64,000 bases of DNA, taken from the NCBI GenBank assembly GCA_038060295.1, contig JBBTHR010000028.1, forward strand, positions 234-64,233, written 5' to 3'. Below the pieces are notes generated by a model. That model was not told the DNA's origin. It ran no database searches and saw only the letters and a list, made by a program, of their open reading frames with translations. Below, one piece after another: positions 9,842-19,035 of this stretch. Source of the stretch: Candidatus Eiseniibacteriota bacterium. Lineage in GTDB: Bacteria > Eisenbacteria > RBG-16-71-46 > SZUA-252. The position numbers were made by a program, and so were the translations under genes. Position 1 is the stretch's first letter. Every line of letters starts with the position of its first letter.

Positions 9842-10729
9842 ATGGGCAAGGCCGGCAAGGCCTGGGGATGGACGGCGGTCCTCGCGCTCACGCTGGTCGT
9901 GGGCGCCTGCCAGCAGGCGAAGCAGGAAGTTCCGAAGGCGGTCTTGTGGAATCTCTCCATCGACGCCGCGCTCGCCGACGCGCAGAAGACGGGCCGACCG
10001 ATCCTCCTCGATTTCTATACCGACTGGTGAGAATGGTGCAAGGCTCTGGAAGAGTCTACCTACGTCGACAGTCAATTCATCGAATACTCGCGGAAGTTCA
10101 CTCTGGCGAAGCTGAACGCCGAGGTGGATACGGCGACCGCATCGAAATATCGCGTCCGCTCCTATCCGACCATTCTCGTGCTGAAGAGCGACGGGACGGA
10201 GATCGACCGGCTCGTCGGCTATAGCCGCGCGCCCGGCTTCATCCAGCAGGTGGACGACTACCTGGCAGGGAAGAACACGCTGGCCGCGCTGGAGGCCGAT
10301 GCCGCGACGAAGGGAAACGACCCCGAGTTCGTGTCGCGTCTCGCGGAGAAGTACTTCGGGCACGGACTCTACGAGCAGGCGCGCGCGCAGTACCTGAAGC
10401 AGGCAGACCTCGATCCGAAGAACGCGAGCGGCCAGGTCGACGACGCGCTCTACAACGTGGCCCGGATGTTCCGGAAGAACAAGGATTACGCCAACGCGCG
10501 GAAGTACGCGCAGATGATTCTCGACCGCTATCCCACCAGTGACATGTTCCGCCCGGCCCACCTCGAAATCGCGGGCGCCTGGCGGCGGCAAGGTGAATGG
10601 ACCACGGCTCGCAAACACTACCTCGACTACGTGAAGCACTTCCCCGACGACGAAGACGCGCCCTACGCGCGCGAGCAGGCCGATACGCTCGCCGTGAAGC
10701 TCGCGGCGTCGGGCGGGAAGGGCGCGTAG
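9842..10729 (+). CDS. thioredoxin-fold (Thioredoxin_7-like) / TPR lipoprotein, candidate selenoprotein with UGA-encoded Sec at 10028-10030
   Basis: GGGGGAGG upstream of ATG 9842. Lipobox LVVGAC. ORFs 9641-10030 and 10124-10729 share one frame, with TGA 10028-10030 the only stop between them. Read-through gives ILLDFYTDW-U-EWCK...SYPTILVLKSDGTEIDRLVGY followed by TPR-like repeats. Confidence 0.72.
10035..10060 (+). promoter_or_regulatory. candidate bacterial SECIS hairpin
   Basis: GGU(GCA bulge)AGGCUCU-GGA-AGAGUCU-ACC: 10 bp with one G-U pair. The G-rich apical loop starts 17 nt after the UGA. Confidence 0.45.
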
Positions 10730-10754
10730 CCGCCATCCGCGACCTCTCCACCTC

Positions 10755-11843
10755 GTGAAACTCGGAATCCTGGGGCCGCCACAAAGCGGCAAGACCACGC
10801 TCTTCGCGGCGTTGACGCGCGGGCAGGCCGATACCGGCACGTCCCGCGGCGAGAAGGTCCATCTCGGGTCGGTGAAGGTCCCCGATGCGCGCCTCGACAA
10901 GCTCCGCGACCTCTATCAGCCGAAGAAGTTCACGCCCGCGAAGGTCGACTACGTCGACGCGCCGCCGATGGAGACCGCGCCCGGCCGCGCCGAGCGTGGC
11001 ACGCTGGCCGCGCTCACGGCGCTGCGCGACGTCGACGCCTTCGTACTGGTCGTCCGCGCCTTCGAGGACCCCGCCGTTCCCCATTTCCGCGAGACGATCG
11101 ATCCCGCCGGCGACGCATCGTGGCTGGTGAGTGAACTCCTGCTCGAGGACCTGGCGGTCGTGGAGCGCCGCCTGGAGCGGATCGAGAAGTCGCTCAAGGT
11201 GGGGAAGAAGCCCGAGGATCCGGCCGAGCACGAGGCGCTCAAACTCGTGATGGAGGCGCTCGAGAACGAGCGTCCCGCGCGATCGGTCCCGCTGAACAAG
11301 CAGCAGGAGCGATCCCTCCGCGGCTTCCGACTTCTCTCGGCGAGTCCCTGGATCATGGTGGTCAACACGGACGACGAGACGATGAAGCGGGGCGAGGCGG
11401 CCGTCGTGGCTCCCGTCCTCGAGCGTCTGGCGGAGCCGCGCCCCCCGGTCATCGCCCTCTCGGCGAAGACCGAGGCCGAGCTGGCCGCGCTCTCGGACGA
11501 CGACGCGAGGGAATTCATGCAGGTCCTGGGCATCCAGGAACCGGGACTCACGCGCATGATCCGGCTTTCCTACGAGGCCCTCGGTCTCCTCTCCTTCTTC
11601 ACGGTCGGGCCGGACGAGGTGAGGGCCTGGACGGTGCGGGACGGCGCCTTGGCGCCGGAGGCCGCGGGGGCCATTCACAGCGACCTGGAGCGCGGCTTCA
11701 TTCGCGCGGAAGTGATTACCTACGATGATCTTATGAAGGCCGGTGCGCTGAACAAGGCGCGCGACCAAGGGCTCTTGCGGACCGAGGGTAAGGACTATAG
11801 AGTTCGGGACGGCGACATCCTCAACGTCCGCTTCAGCGTGTAG
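10755..11843 (+). CDS. ychF: redox-regulated/ribosome-binding ATPase YchF
   Basis: MKLGILGPPQSGKTTLF P-loop and C-terminal TGS-like end GKDYRVRDGDILNVRF. Length 362 aa is typical. Confidence 0.93.
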   Translation: MKLGILGPPQSGKTTLFAALTRGQADTGTSRGEKVHLGSVKVPDARLDKLRDLYQPKKFTPAKVDYVDAPPMETAPGRAERGTLAALTALRDVDAFVLVVRAFEDPAVPHFRETIDPAGDASWLVSELLLEDLAVVERRLERIEKSLKVGKKPEDPAEHEALKLVMEALENERPARSVPLNKQQERSLRGFRLLSASPWIMVVNTDDETMKRGEAAVVAPVLERLAEPRPPVIALSAKTEAELAALSDDDAREFMQVLGIQEPGLTRMIRLSYEALGLLSFFTVGPDEVRAWTVRDGALAPEAAGAIHSDLERGFIRAEVITYDDLMKAGALNKARDQGLLRTEGKDYRVRDGDILNVRFSV

Positions 11844-11914
11844 CGAAACAAGCCCCTGTTCCGGGGCGTAAAGACTGGTGAAGGAACCGGTTCCGGAACT
11901 CGAGGAGGGCGATC

Positions 11915-12817
11915 ATGAAGAACTTCGCAAGACGCGGGGCAGGAATTGGCGTGGCGCTGGTCGCCGCGCTCGCGCTCGTGCTGGTCGCGGGCGCCGATAC
12001 GGCCGCGGCGGCGCAGGCCAAGAAAGTCGCCGAGAAAGTCTTCGAATTCGCACCCGACGGCGAGGTCACGATCGAGAGCCGAAACGGCCGGATCGTGATC
12101 GAGGCATGGGATCGCCCCCAGGTGCGCGTTCAGATCACGCGGACCGTGCGCGCTGCGGACGATCAGCAGGCGCAGGCGCTACTCAAGGAACTGAAGGCGG
12201 ATGTCGAGCTGAGGCCCGGCCGGCTCGAGATCGTGAGCCGCTACCCGAAGCGGCGTGAAAACGTGGGGCTTTGGGACTTCCTGGGGCGGAAGATCGCGGC
12301 GATGGACATCCACTATTACCTCCAGGTCCCGACGGCGACGGCCGTGACGCTGCAGACGACGAACGGCGAGATCCGAGTGAGGGGAACGAGTCGCAGCGTT
12401 GACGCCGCCACGACGAACGGCGACATTCGAGTCTCGGGCGCCAGCGGACCGGTCGAAGTCGAGACGACGAACGGCGAGCTGGAACTCCTCGCGATTTCCG
12501 GCGACGTGTCGGGTACGACGACGAACGGGAGCATCCGGGCGGAAATCGGTTCCCTGACCGAGAACGGCAGCGTGGTCCTTGAGACGACGAACGGAAACGT
12601 GGCGGTCCTTCTGCCACCGTCGCTCAAGGCTTCCGTGACGGCCGCCACGACGAACGGCAAGGTGACGAGTTCGTTCCCGCTGACGCTGAGCGGGGCGATG
12701 AGCAGCAAGTCGATTCGCGGAACGATCGGTGGAAGCGGCAAGGGCGCCGCCCTCACGTTCGCCACCACGAATGGAAATATCCAGCTGCTGAGGATCGGGG
12801 AGCGCGGCGACCAGTAG
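11915..12817 (+). CDS. DUF4097-family beta-strand repeat protein (putative adhesin), secreted
   Basis: Signal peptide. Reiterated TTNG(E/D/S/N/K)(I/V/L) units about every 19-20 aa. Confidence 0.8.
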   Translation: MKNFARRGAGIGVALVAALALVLVAGADTAAAAQAKKVAEKVFEFAPDGEVTIESRNGRIVIEAWDRPQVRVQITRTVRAADDQQAQALLKELKADVELRPGRLEIVSRYPKRRENVGLWDFLGRKIAAMDIHYYLQVPTATAVTLQTTNGEIRVRGTSRSVDAATTNGDIRVSGASGPVEVETTNGELELLAISGDVSGTTTNGSIRAEIGSLTENGSVVLETTNGNVAVLLPPSLKASVTAATTNGKVTSSFPLTLSGAMSSKSIRGTIGGSGKGAALTFATTNGNIQLLRIGERGDQ

Positions 12818-12881
12818 CGGCACGCCGCCCCAGCGTCTCGATCCCGCAGCGACAGGGCCGCAGGGCCCGAAGGAGAGACGC

Positions 12882-13454
12882 TTGAGCAGCGGCATCCCGC
12901 ACGCCAACATCGCGGCCACCGGTCCCCTGACGCGGGGCGATTTCCTGATGCTCCTCTACTGGAATGCCGACACGCGCGCGGTGCCGCACGTGAAGGGGAT
13001 CGCCGGACTCGCGCGGCTGACGCGCCTGGCCCTGATCCTGGGCGAGGAGACCGGCGCGAGCCGCGAGATCGCTCCCTTCTTCACGTTCCACGCGACGCCG
13101 CAGGGCGGCATCGCGAGCGCCGACATCTGGACGGAGCTTCTCTCGCTTCGCGCCTATCAGGTCATCAAGCCGCTCGTTGAAGACGCGCCGGCGCCGCCCG
13201 AGGAGCGCTCGGAGCGGGCCTATCTGCTCGAAAAGCACATCCCGGCCCACGAGCGCGAGCACTACCCGATGCCCACCCTGTTCGAACGGGACGTCCTCAC
13301 GAACAAGGGGACCTTCTTCGCGGCGAAGCGGGAGGACCAGATGGTGGAGCGGCGCATCCAGGCCTTTCACGAGATCGTCGAGTGGAACGAACTTCCGCTC
13401 GCCGAACTGACCGCCAAGGCGTCGCGGTTCCTGCGTCAGACCGCCTCCCGCTAG
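12882..13454 (+). CDS. hypothetical protein
   Basis: AGGAG 6 nt upstream of TTG 12882. 190-aa ORF with coding-like composition. No motif recognised. Confidence 0.5.
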   Translation: MSSGIPHANIAATGPLTRGDFLMLLYWNADTRAVPHVKGIAGLARLTRLALILGEETGASREIAPFFTFHATPQGGIASADIWTELLSLRAYQVIKPLVEDAPAPPEERSERAYLLEKHIPAHEREHYPMPTLFERDVLTNKGTFFAAKREDQMVERRIQAFHEIVEWNELPLAELTAKASRFLRQTASR

Positions 13455-13484
13455 GCGCGGGCTGAACGCCGGGGGAGACGCTTC

Positions 13485-13727
13485 TTGTTCCGATTCCTGA
13501 GCCGCCTCTTCGTCGCGCTGGCCGCGCTCTTCGCGCTCCGCCTCGTCTTCGCCGCCATTCGGCGTGCGAATCGGGCCAACGAGCCGCGCCGGCCCGCGCC
13601 GCCCCATTCCGATGCGCGGCAACGGGTCGTCAAGCCGTCACGCACGCCCCGCATCGATCCCGCTCTCGCCGAGGACGTCCCCTTCGTCGAAGTCGGGCAC
13701 GAGCGCGAGAGAGTCCGGCAAGACTGA
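13485..13727 (+). CDS. small hypothetical membrane protein
   Basis: GGGGGAG upstream of TTG 13485. N-terminal hydrophobic helix FLSRLFVALAALFALRLVFAAI. Ends 3 nt before rarA. Confidence 0.4.
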   Translation: MFRFLSRLFVALAALFALRLVFAAIRRANRANEPRRPAPPHSDARQRVVKPSRTPRIDPALAEDVPFVEVGHERERVRQD

Positions 13728-13730
13728 GGC

Positions 13731-15095
13731 ATGGGCGATTCGCTCGATCTCTTCGGCGGCGAGGGCACGGGTCCCGGCGGGAAGCTGCCGCGCGTTCCCG
13801 CGAAAGCCCCTCTGGCCGAGCGGATGCGGCCACGGACGCTCGATGAGTTCGAGGGAAGCGATCGCCTCCTCGGCCCCGACTCGCTCCTGCGTCACGCCAT
13901 CCGTTCGCGCGCCATCCCCTCGCTGATCTTCTGGGGCCCGCCCGGCTGCGGAAAGACGACGCTGGGCCGGCTTCTGGCGGAGGCGAGCGGCGCCACGTTC
14001 GTGGCGTTCAGCGCGGTCACCTCCGGCGTGAAGGAAGTGCGCGAGACGATCGAGCGTGCCCGCGCCGCGCGCGCGGCCATGGGACAATCGACCATCCTCT
14101 TCGTCGACGAGATCCACCGGTTCAACAAGGGCCAGCAGGACGCCTTCCTCCCGCACGTCGAGGATGGGACGATCGTGCTCGTCGGCGCGACGACCGAGAA
14201 TCCGTCGTTCGAGGTGAACAACGCGCTCCTCTCGCGGCTGAAGGTCATCGTGCTCGACCTTCTCGACGAGGCGGCGATCGTGCGAATCCTGGATCGCGCG
14301 CTAGGGGACGCGGAGCGTGGATTGGGCGGGACCGGGCTCTCGGCCCCGGCGGACGTGGTCCGATTCGTCGCCTCCCTCGCCGGCGGCGACGCGCGCGTGG
14401 CGCTCACCACGCTGGAGATCGCCGCGGGGCTGGCACGACGGCGCACGCCGCCCACCCTCACCGAGGCCGACGTTCGCGAGGCGGCCCAGCGGAGGTCGCT
14501 CCCGTACGATCGCGTCGGGGAGGAGCACTACAACACCGTCTCCGCGCTCCACAAGTGTCTCCGGGGGAGCGATCCCGACGCGGGGCTCTACTGGCTGGCC
14601 CGGATGCTGGAGGCGGGGGAGGACCCGATGTTCGTCGTGCGCCGTCTCGTTCGGTTCGCGTCGGAGGACGTCGGCCTGGCCGATCCCGGAGCGCTCCGGC
14701 TCGCGATCGCCGCCAAGGAGGCGGTCCACTTCCTCGGCATGCCCGAGTGCGACACCGCGCTCGCCGAACTCGTCGTCTACTTGGCGCTCGCGCCGAAGAG
14801 CAATTCGATCTACCTCGCCTACAAGGCGGCGGCCCGGGACGCCCTGGAGAAACCGCCCTATCCCGTGCCGCTCCACATCCGAAACGCCCCCACGAAGTTG
14901 ATGAAGGAACTCGGCTACGGGGAGGGGTACCAATACGCGCATCAGCACGAGGACGCCATCGACGCGCAGCGCTATTTTCCCGACGAGATGGGAACGCCGG
15001 TCTACTGGCGGGGCGTCGCGCGGGGCGTCGAGAAGACGCTGCTCGAGCGCTGGGAGCAAATCAAGGCGGCCAAGGCGCGGAAGCGGACCCCGTAA
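13731..15095 (+). CDS. rarA: replication-associated recombination protein A (AAA+ ATPase RarA/MgsA)
   Basis: LAERMRPRTLDEF, Walker A GPPGCGKTT, Walker B ILFVDEIHRFNK, C-terminal MgsA region YQYAHQHED. Confidence 0.95.
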   Translation: MGDSLDLFGGEGTGPGGKLPRVPAKAPLAERMRPRTLDEFEGSDRLLGPDSLLRHAIRSRAIPSLIFWGPPGCGKTTLGRLLAEASGATFVAFSAVTSGVKEVRETIERARAARAAMGQSTILFVDEIHRFNKGQQDAFLPHVEDGTIVLVGATTENPSFEVNNALLSRLKVIVLDLLDEAAIVRILDRALGDAERGLGGTGLSAPADVVRFVASLAGGDARVALTTLEIAAGLARRRTPPTLTEADVREAAQRRSLPYDRVGEEHYNTVSALHKCLRGSDPDAGLYWLARMLEAGEDPMFVVRRLVRFASEDVGLADPGALRLAIAAKEAVHFLGMPECDTALAELVVYLALAPKSNSIYLAYKAAARDALEKPPYPVPLHIRNAPTKLMKELGYGEGYQYAHQHEDAIDAQRYFPDEMGTPVYWRGVARGVEKTLLERWEQIKAAKARKRTP

Positions 15096-15138
15096 CGTCG
15101 CGGTTCTCGCGTTCGGGCCGACCTGATAGGCTGGCCGC

Positions 15139-16398
15139 ATGACCATCCCGCTCGATCGTCACTGGAAGAATCTCAGCTGGATCTTCAGCGTGGAGATCTT
15201 CTGGGGCGTCGCAATGGCGCTCATCTCCAACATCGCCATTCTCCCCGTCTTCCTGACCCACCTCGGCGCCTCCAACACGACCGTCAGTGCGCTCCCGGTC
15301 CTCTTCCTGATCGCCACCGGAATCCCCGGGATCTTCGCCGCTCACTTCACGGGGCGAATGGTCCGCCGGAAGCGCTTCGTCATCGTGGCGCACGTCGTGA
15401 CCGCCATCCCCTGGCTCCTCACGGCCGCGTGGTTCGTGGCGGGGCCCCGGATCTCTCCCGCGGTCGACATCGCCGTGCTCCTGGCCGGATGGGGGCTCGC
15501 GTGGATCTGGATGGGTTTCCTCATCCCGGTCTGGATCAACTTCATCGGGAAGGTCACGCGTCCGGAGCTTCGAGCCCGCTCGTTCGGCATGCTCTTCTTC
15601 TTTCAGACGATGATGAGCGCGGTCGGCGGCTGGGTCGCGAGCAAGATCATCGGCGGCGGGATGCCGTTCCCGGCGAACTACGGAATCGGATTCGCGATCA
15701 GCGGGGCCGCGATGGCGATCGGGGGCATCTTCTTCGCGCCCGTCGTCGAGGAGCCGGGCGTGCTAGCCGAGGAAGAGGACCCGCTGCGGGGAATCGTCCG
15801 GCACACGCGCGAGATCCTGTCCGACCGCGGCGGAATCCGAACCTATCTTTCGATCTACATGCTGGGCGCGGGATGGCCGGTCCTCACCGCCTTCTATCCG
15901 ATCTGGGCGGAGAAGCGCTTCGGGCTGGAGGCGAAGGACTCGGCGATCTACACGGCGGTCTGCATGGCGGGGAACATGGTCGGAAGCCTGCTGTCGGGAG
16001 CGATCGGAGATCGCTACGGATACGCGAAGGTGTCGGTCATCGCGACCGTGGCGTTTACGGTCGGACTGGCGACCGCCATCTTGGGCGACACACGGCCGTG
16101 GTACTACGCGACCGCGTTCGCGCTGGGCGTCTACATCGTCAGCGACCGGCTGGCCATGTACAACCTGTCGATGGCCTTCTCGCCGCACGAGGACAACACG
16201 TCCTACCTCGCGCTCGTACCCGCCATCGCCACGCCGATCCTCGTCGTCGCCGCGGCCCTCTGCGGACCGCTGATCGACGCTTGCGGATTCGTTCCGGTCG
16301 CCGCCGGATCGCTGGCGCTCGGGCTCGTCGCCGTCTACCTGGCGGTCTTCAAGCTGCCGGAGCCCCGCTTCTCGCTCGCGGGGAAGCGGCGGCCCTAG
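15139..16398 (+). CDS. MFS-type transporter
   Basis: 419 aa with about 12 hydrophobic helices. No soluble domains. Confidence 0.8.
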   Translation: MTIPLDRHWKNLSWIFSVEIFWGVAMALISNIAILPVFLTHLGASNTTVSALPVLFLIATGIPGIFAAHFTGRMVRRKRFVIVAHVVTAIPWLLTAAWFVAGPRISPAVDIAVLLAGWGLAWIWMGFLIPVWINFIGKVTRPELRARSFGMLFFFQTMMSAVGGWVASKIIGGGMPFPANYGIGFAISGAAMAIGGIFFAPVVEEPGVLAEEEDPLRGIVRHTREILSDRGGIRTYLSIYMLGAGWPVLTAFYPIWAEKRFGLEAKDSAIYTAVCMAGNMVGSLLSGAIGDRYGYAKVSVIATVAFTVGLATAILGDTRPWYYATAFALGVYIVSDRLAMYNLSMAFSPHEDNTSYLALVPAIATPILVVAAALCGPLIDACGFVPVAAGSLALGLVAVYLAVFKLPEPRFSLAGKRRP

Positions 16399-16431
16399 GC
16401 GCCGCTCCAGCCGCCGCCGCTCCTGCCGCCG

Positions 16432-17598
16432 CTACTTGTACGCCGGGATCCCGGTGATGGCCTCGCCGATGATGAGCGTGTGGATGTCGTGCGTTCCCTC
16501 GTAGGTGTAGACCGACTCGAGATTGCACATGTGTCGCCCGCACTGGTACTCGTCGGTGATTCCGTTCGCGCCGAGGATCTCCCGCGCCAGCCGGGCGCAC
16601 TGGAGCCCCACCTGCACGTTGTTCATCTTCCCGAGGGAGACGTGGTGTGGCTTGGCCTTCCCCTGGTCTTTCAGGCGCCCCAGCTGCAGCACGAGTAGCT
16701 GCCCCTTCGTGATTTCCCGGATCATCCACGCCAGTTTCTCCTGGACCATCTGGAAGCCCGCGATGGGACGGTCGAACTGGATGCGCGTCTTGGAATAGCT
16801 CAACGCCTCGTGATAGCAGGCCATGGCCGCGCCGATGCCGCCCCAGGCGATGCCGTAGCGCGCCTGGTTGAGGCAGCCGAGGGGACCCTTCAGGCCGTCG
16901 GCCTTGGGCAGGAGATTCTCCTCCGGGATCTTGCAGTCCTGGAACGAGAGTTCCGAGGTCACCGAAGCGCGGAGGGACCACTTACCGTGAATGTCCGACG
17001 TGGAATAGCCGGGCGTTCCCCGGTCCACCAGGAAGCCGCGAATGCGGCCGTCGAGCCTCGCCCAGACGATCGCGACGTCGGCCACGCCGCCATTCGTGAT
17101 CCACATCTTGCTGCCGTTCAGCATGTAGCTGTTACCGTCCTTCCGTGCCGTCGTGAGCATACCGCTCGGGTTGCTGCCGAAGTCCGCCTCCGTGAGCCCG
17201 AAGCAGCCGATCAGCTCGCCGGTGGCCATCTTCGGCAGGTACTTCTGCTTCTGCTCTTGCGTGCCGTACTCGTAGATCGGCCACATGCAGAGCGCGCCCT
17301 GCACGGAGACGAACGAGCGGAACCCGCTGTCGCCGCGCTCCAGCTCCTGCATGATGAGCCCGTAGGCGACGTTGCCGAGACCCGCGCAGCCGTAGCCCTC
17401 GAGGTTCGCGCCGAGGAACCCGAGCTCGCCGACCTCCGGGATCAGGTGGCTCGGAAAGGTCGCGTCGCGGTTGTGCTTCTCGATGATCGGCATCAGCCGG
17501 TCCTGGACGAACTTCCGAGCGGTGTCGCGGATGAGGATCTCTTCTTCGCTGAAGAGGCTGTCGATCTCCATGAAATCGACGCCGTCGAACTTCTCCAT
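16432..17598 (-). CDS. gcdH: acyl-CoA dehydrogenase, glutaryl-CoA dehydrogenase-like
   Basis: GCFGLTEADFGSNPSGMLTTARKDGNSYMLNGSKMWITNG and C-terminal TYEGTHDIHTLIIG, typical of GCDH-type ACADs. Confidence 0.85.
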   Translation of the reverse strand: MEKFDGVDFMEIDSLFSEEEILIRDTARKFVQDRLMPIIEKHNRDATFPSHLIPEVGELGFLGANLEGYGCAGLGNVAYGLIMQELERGDSGFRSFVSVQGALCMWPIYEYGTQEQKQKYLPKMATGELIGCFGLTEADFGSNPSGMLTTARKDGNSYMLNGSKMWITNGGVADVAIVWARLDGRIRGFLVDRGTPGYSTSDIHGKWSLRASVTSELSFQDCKIPEENLLPKADGLKGPLGCLNQARYGIAWGGIGAAMACYHEALSYSKTRIQFDRPIAGFQMVQEKLAWMIREITKGQLLVLQLGRLKDQGKAKPHHVSLGKMNNVQVGLQCARLAREILGANGITDEYQCGRHMCNLESVYTYEGTHDIHTLIIGEAITGIPAYK

Positions 17599-17808
17599 GA
17601 CCCCTCCGAGGGTAGCGCGCGATGCGCGTGATTGGCAGGTGAATTCACGAGTCTAGCCCGCGCGGAGGGGGGGCGCAACGGGGGACTCCCACGGGGGACT
17701 CCCGGGTCGGCGGGACGTGGCCGCGGCGCCGAAAACGAAGCGGCGCCGGCGAGAAGGGGTCGCACCGGCGCCGCGGAGACGGCGGGATCCTCTCGGACTA
17801 CCCGCCCG

Positions 17809-18663
17809 TCATGGGTTCGTCATGCGATGAGACGCCCTGCCGCGAGGCAGCGCCGAGGCCGCGGTGCGGCTGATCGTGTCGGCGGTGTAGCGGACGTAGG
17901 CGTCGCGAATGAAGTAGGTCACGAAGACGGCGACGAAGGCGCTCATGTAGCCCCAGGCGTGGAAGAGCGCCGCGAAGACGAAGCCGAGCAGGTGGAGCAC
18001 CACGACGCCCACGAGCTCGTAGGAGAAGGCGAAGCTCTCGCGCCAGACGGTCCACACCGGGTGCTCGCGGTGGAGCGCGATGACTCCGGAGACGAGCCAG
18101 GTGTTCACCAGGAAGTAGGCCGCGGTCGCCGCGGCGAGCGGCAGCGCGTTGAGCGGCGACGTGAGCGCCTCGAGCGATCCGCTCGACCCGCCGGTCCGCC
18201 GGAAGACCTCGGACGCGACATAGACCGTGACCGCGCACGTGCCTGCGTTGAAGAGCGCCCGGTACCACGCGCGGCGGCGGAAGATCAAGTCCGCGAGGAG
18301 ACCGGCCAGCGCCGCCACGGGGACCGCGAGCGCCACGGGGAGGACCAGGAGCGTCGCAAAGTTCGACGCATTCGCCATGCTCAGGTACCCGCGGCCCTTG
18401 GGCGCCGGCAGCCAGAGAATCTCGCCGAGCAGATTCGCGAGGAGCCAGAAGAGAAGCGGCAGCGCTCCCACGGAAAGATCCGGAGCGCCCGCCGCGGCCA
18501 TCGAGGCCGACCCCGCGAGCACCACCAGACCGACGTAGAGTGCCACCACGATCGCGTTCAACGCTCCCCCCTCGGCGCCCCAGTGGCGCCATTCGATCCC
18601 TTCCGCCGGGCCCCTTCGGGTCCGCGCCGGACGCTGGGCCTCCCTGGCCGTCCCAGCCTCCAT
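17809..18663 (-). CDS. hypothetical polytopic membrane protein
   Basis: 6-7 hydrophobic helices. Start set at ATG 18663 (MEAG...); TTG 18738 is an alternative start. Confidence 0.55.
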   Translation of the reverse strand: MEAGTAREAQRPARTRRGPAEGIEWRHWGAEGGALNAIVVALYVGLVVLAGSASMAAAGAPDLSVGALPLLFWLLANLLGEILWLPAPKGRGYLSMANASNFATLLVLPVALAVPVAALAGLLADLIFRRRAWYRALFNAGTCAVTVYVASEVFRRTGGSSGSLEALTSPLNALPLAAATAAYFLVNTWLVSGVIALHREHPVWTVWRESFAFSYELVGVVVLHLLGFVFAALFHAWGYMSAFVAVFVTYFIRDAYVRYTADTISRTAASALPRGRASHRMTNP

Positions 18664-18915
18664 GCCCTTCCATCCGACTAGTAAAGAAGGCATGGGCCAT
18701 GCCGCGGGAGGCGTATTGCTTAAAATCCTGTAACACAATTAGTTATGGTGGTCGTCGGAAGCGGGCGAGAGTGCCGGTTGGGTCGAATGGACCAGAGTCG
18801 TGGCTCGTTCCAGCCAGCTCCGTGGCCGGGGAGCCGGACTAGCGGAGGAAGGCGGAGTGGGGTATAGTGGCCCGGCTCTGGTGAGATTTTTCGCCGAGCC
18901 CCACAGTTCAAACAG

Positions 18916-18990
18916 GTCCCCATCGTCTAGCCTGGCCCAGGACACCGCCCTTTCACGGCGGCGACAGGGGTTCGAATCCCCTTGGGGACA
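18916..18990 (+). tRNA. tRNA-Glu (anticodon UUC)
   Basis: GTCCCCATCGTCTAGCCTGGCCCAGGACACCGCCCTTTCACGGCGGCGACAGGGGTTCGAATCCCCTTGGGGACA is near-identical in architecture to E. coli tRNA-Glu. 7-bp acceptor stem, anticodon loop CUUUCAC, T-loop GGTTCGAATCC. Confidence 0.93.
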
Positions 18991-19035
18991 CTTTGTTTCC
19001 CGGCGCGCCCGGGAGAGAGGGGCGATTCCGTGCTC

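Noticed and set aside
9641-10030. Reading the thioredoxin locus as a nonsense-mutated pseudogene or as two separate genes
   Set aside because: This is kept as the alternative hypothesis but judged less likely. The TGA falls exactly on the active-site Cys column and the reading frame is otherwise intact on both sides. A hairpin follows at SECIS distance, and a tRNA with a UCA anticodon is encoded in the same window. It cannot be excluded without homolog alignment and read data.
10239-11768. 509-aa minus-strand ORF
   Set aside because: Antisense to ychF and to the end of the thioredoxin/TPR gene. No motifs.
12340-12790. Periodic TTNG(E/D/S/N)I repeats that look like a tandem DNA repeat
   Set aside because: The periodicity is at the protein level only and is the normal beta-strand repeat of DUF4097 proteins. 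The nucleotide units are diverged.
18740-18915. Possible small RNA (SRP/4.5S-like) upstream of tRNA-Glu, suggested by GAGCCGG...CCGGCTC pairing and a TTTTT run
   Set aside because: I could not find the conserved SRP domain IV motif (GGAA tetraloop context, AGCA/GGAA loops) or any other family signature. It is most likely just the tRNA promoter or leader region. An Rfam scan would settle this.
18916-18990. tRNA genes as integration sites for mobile elements (also considered for the tRNA-Sec at 56055-56154)
   Set aside because: No integrase, direct repeat of the tRNA 3' end, compositional shift or phage/IS gene flanks either tRNA.
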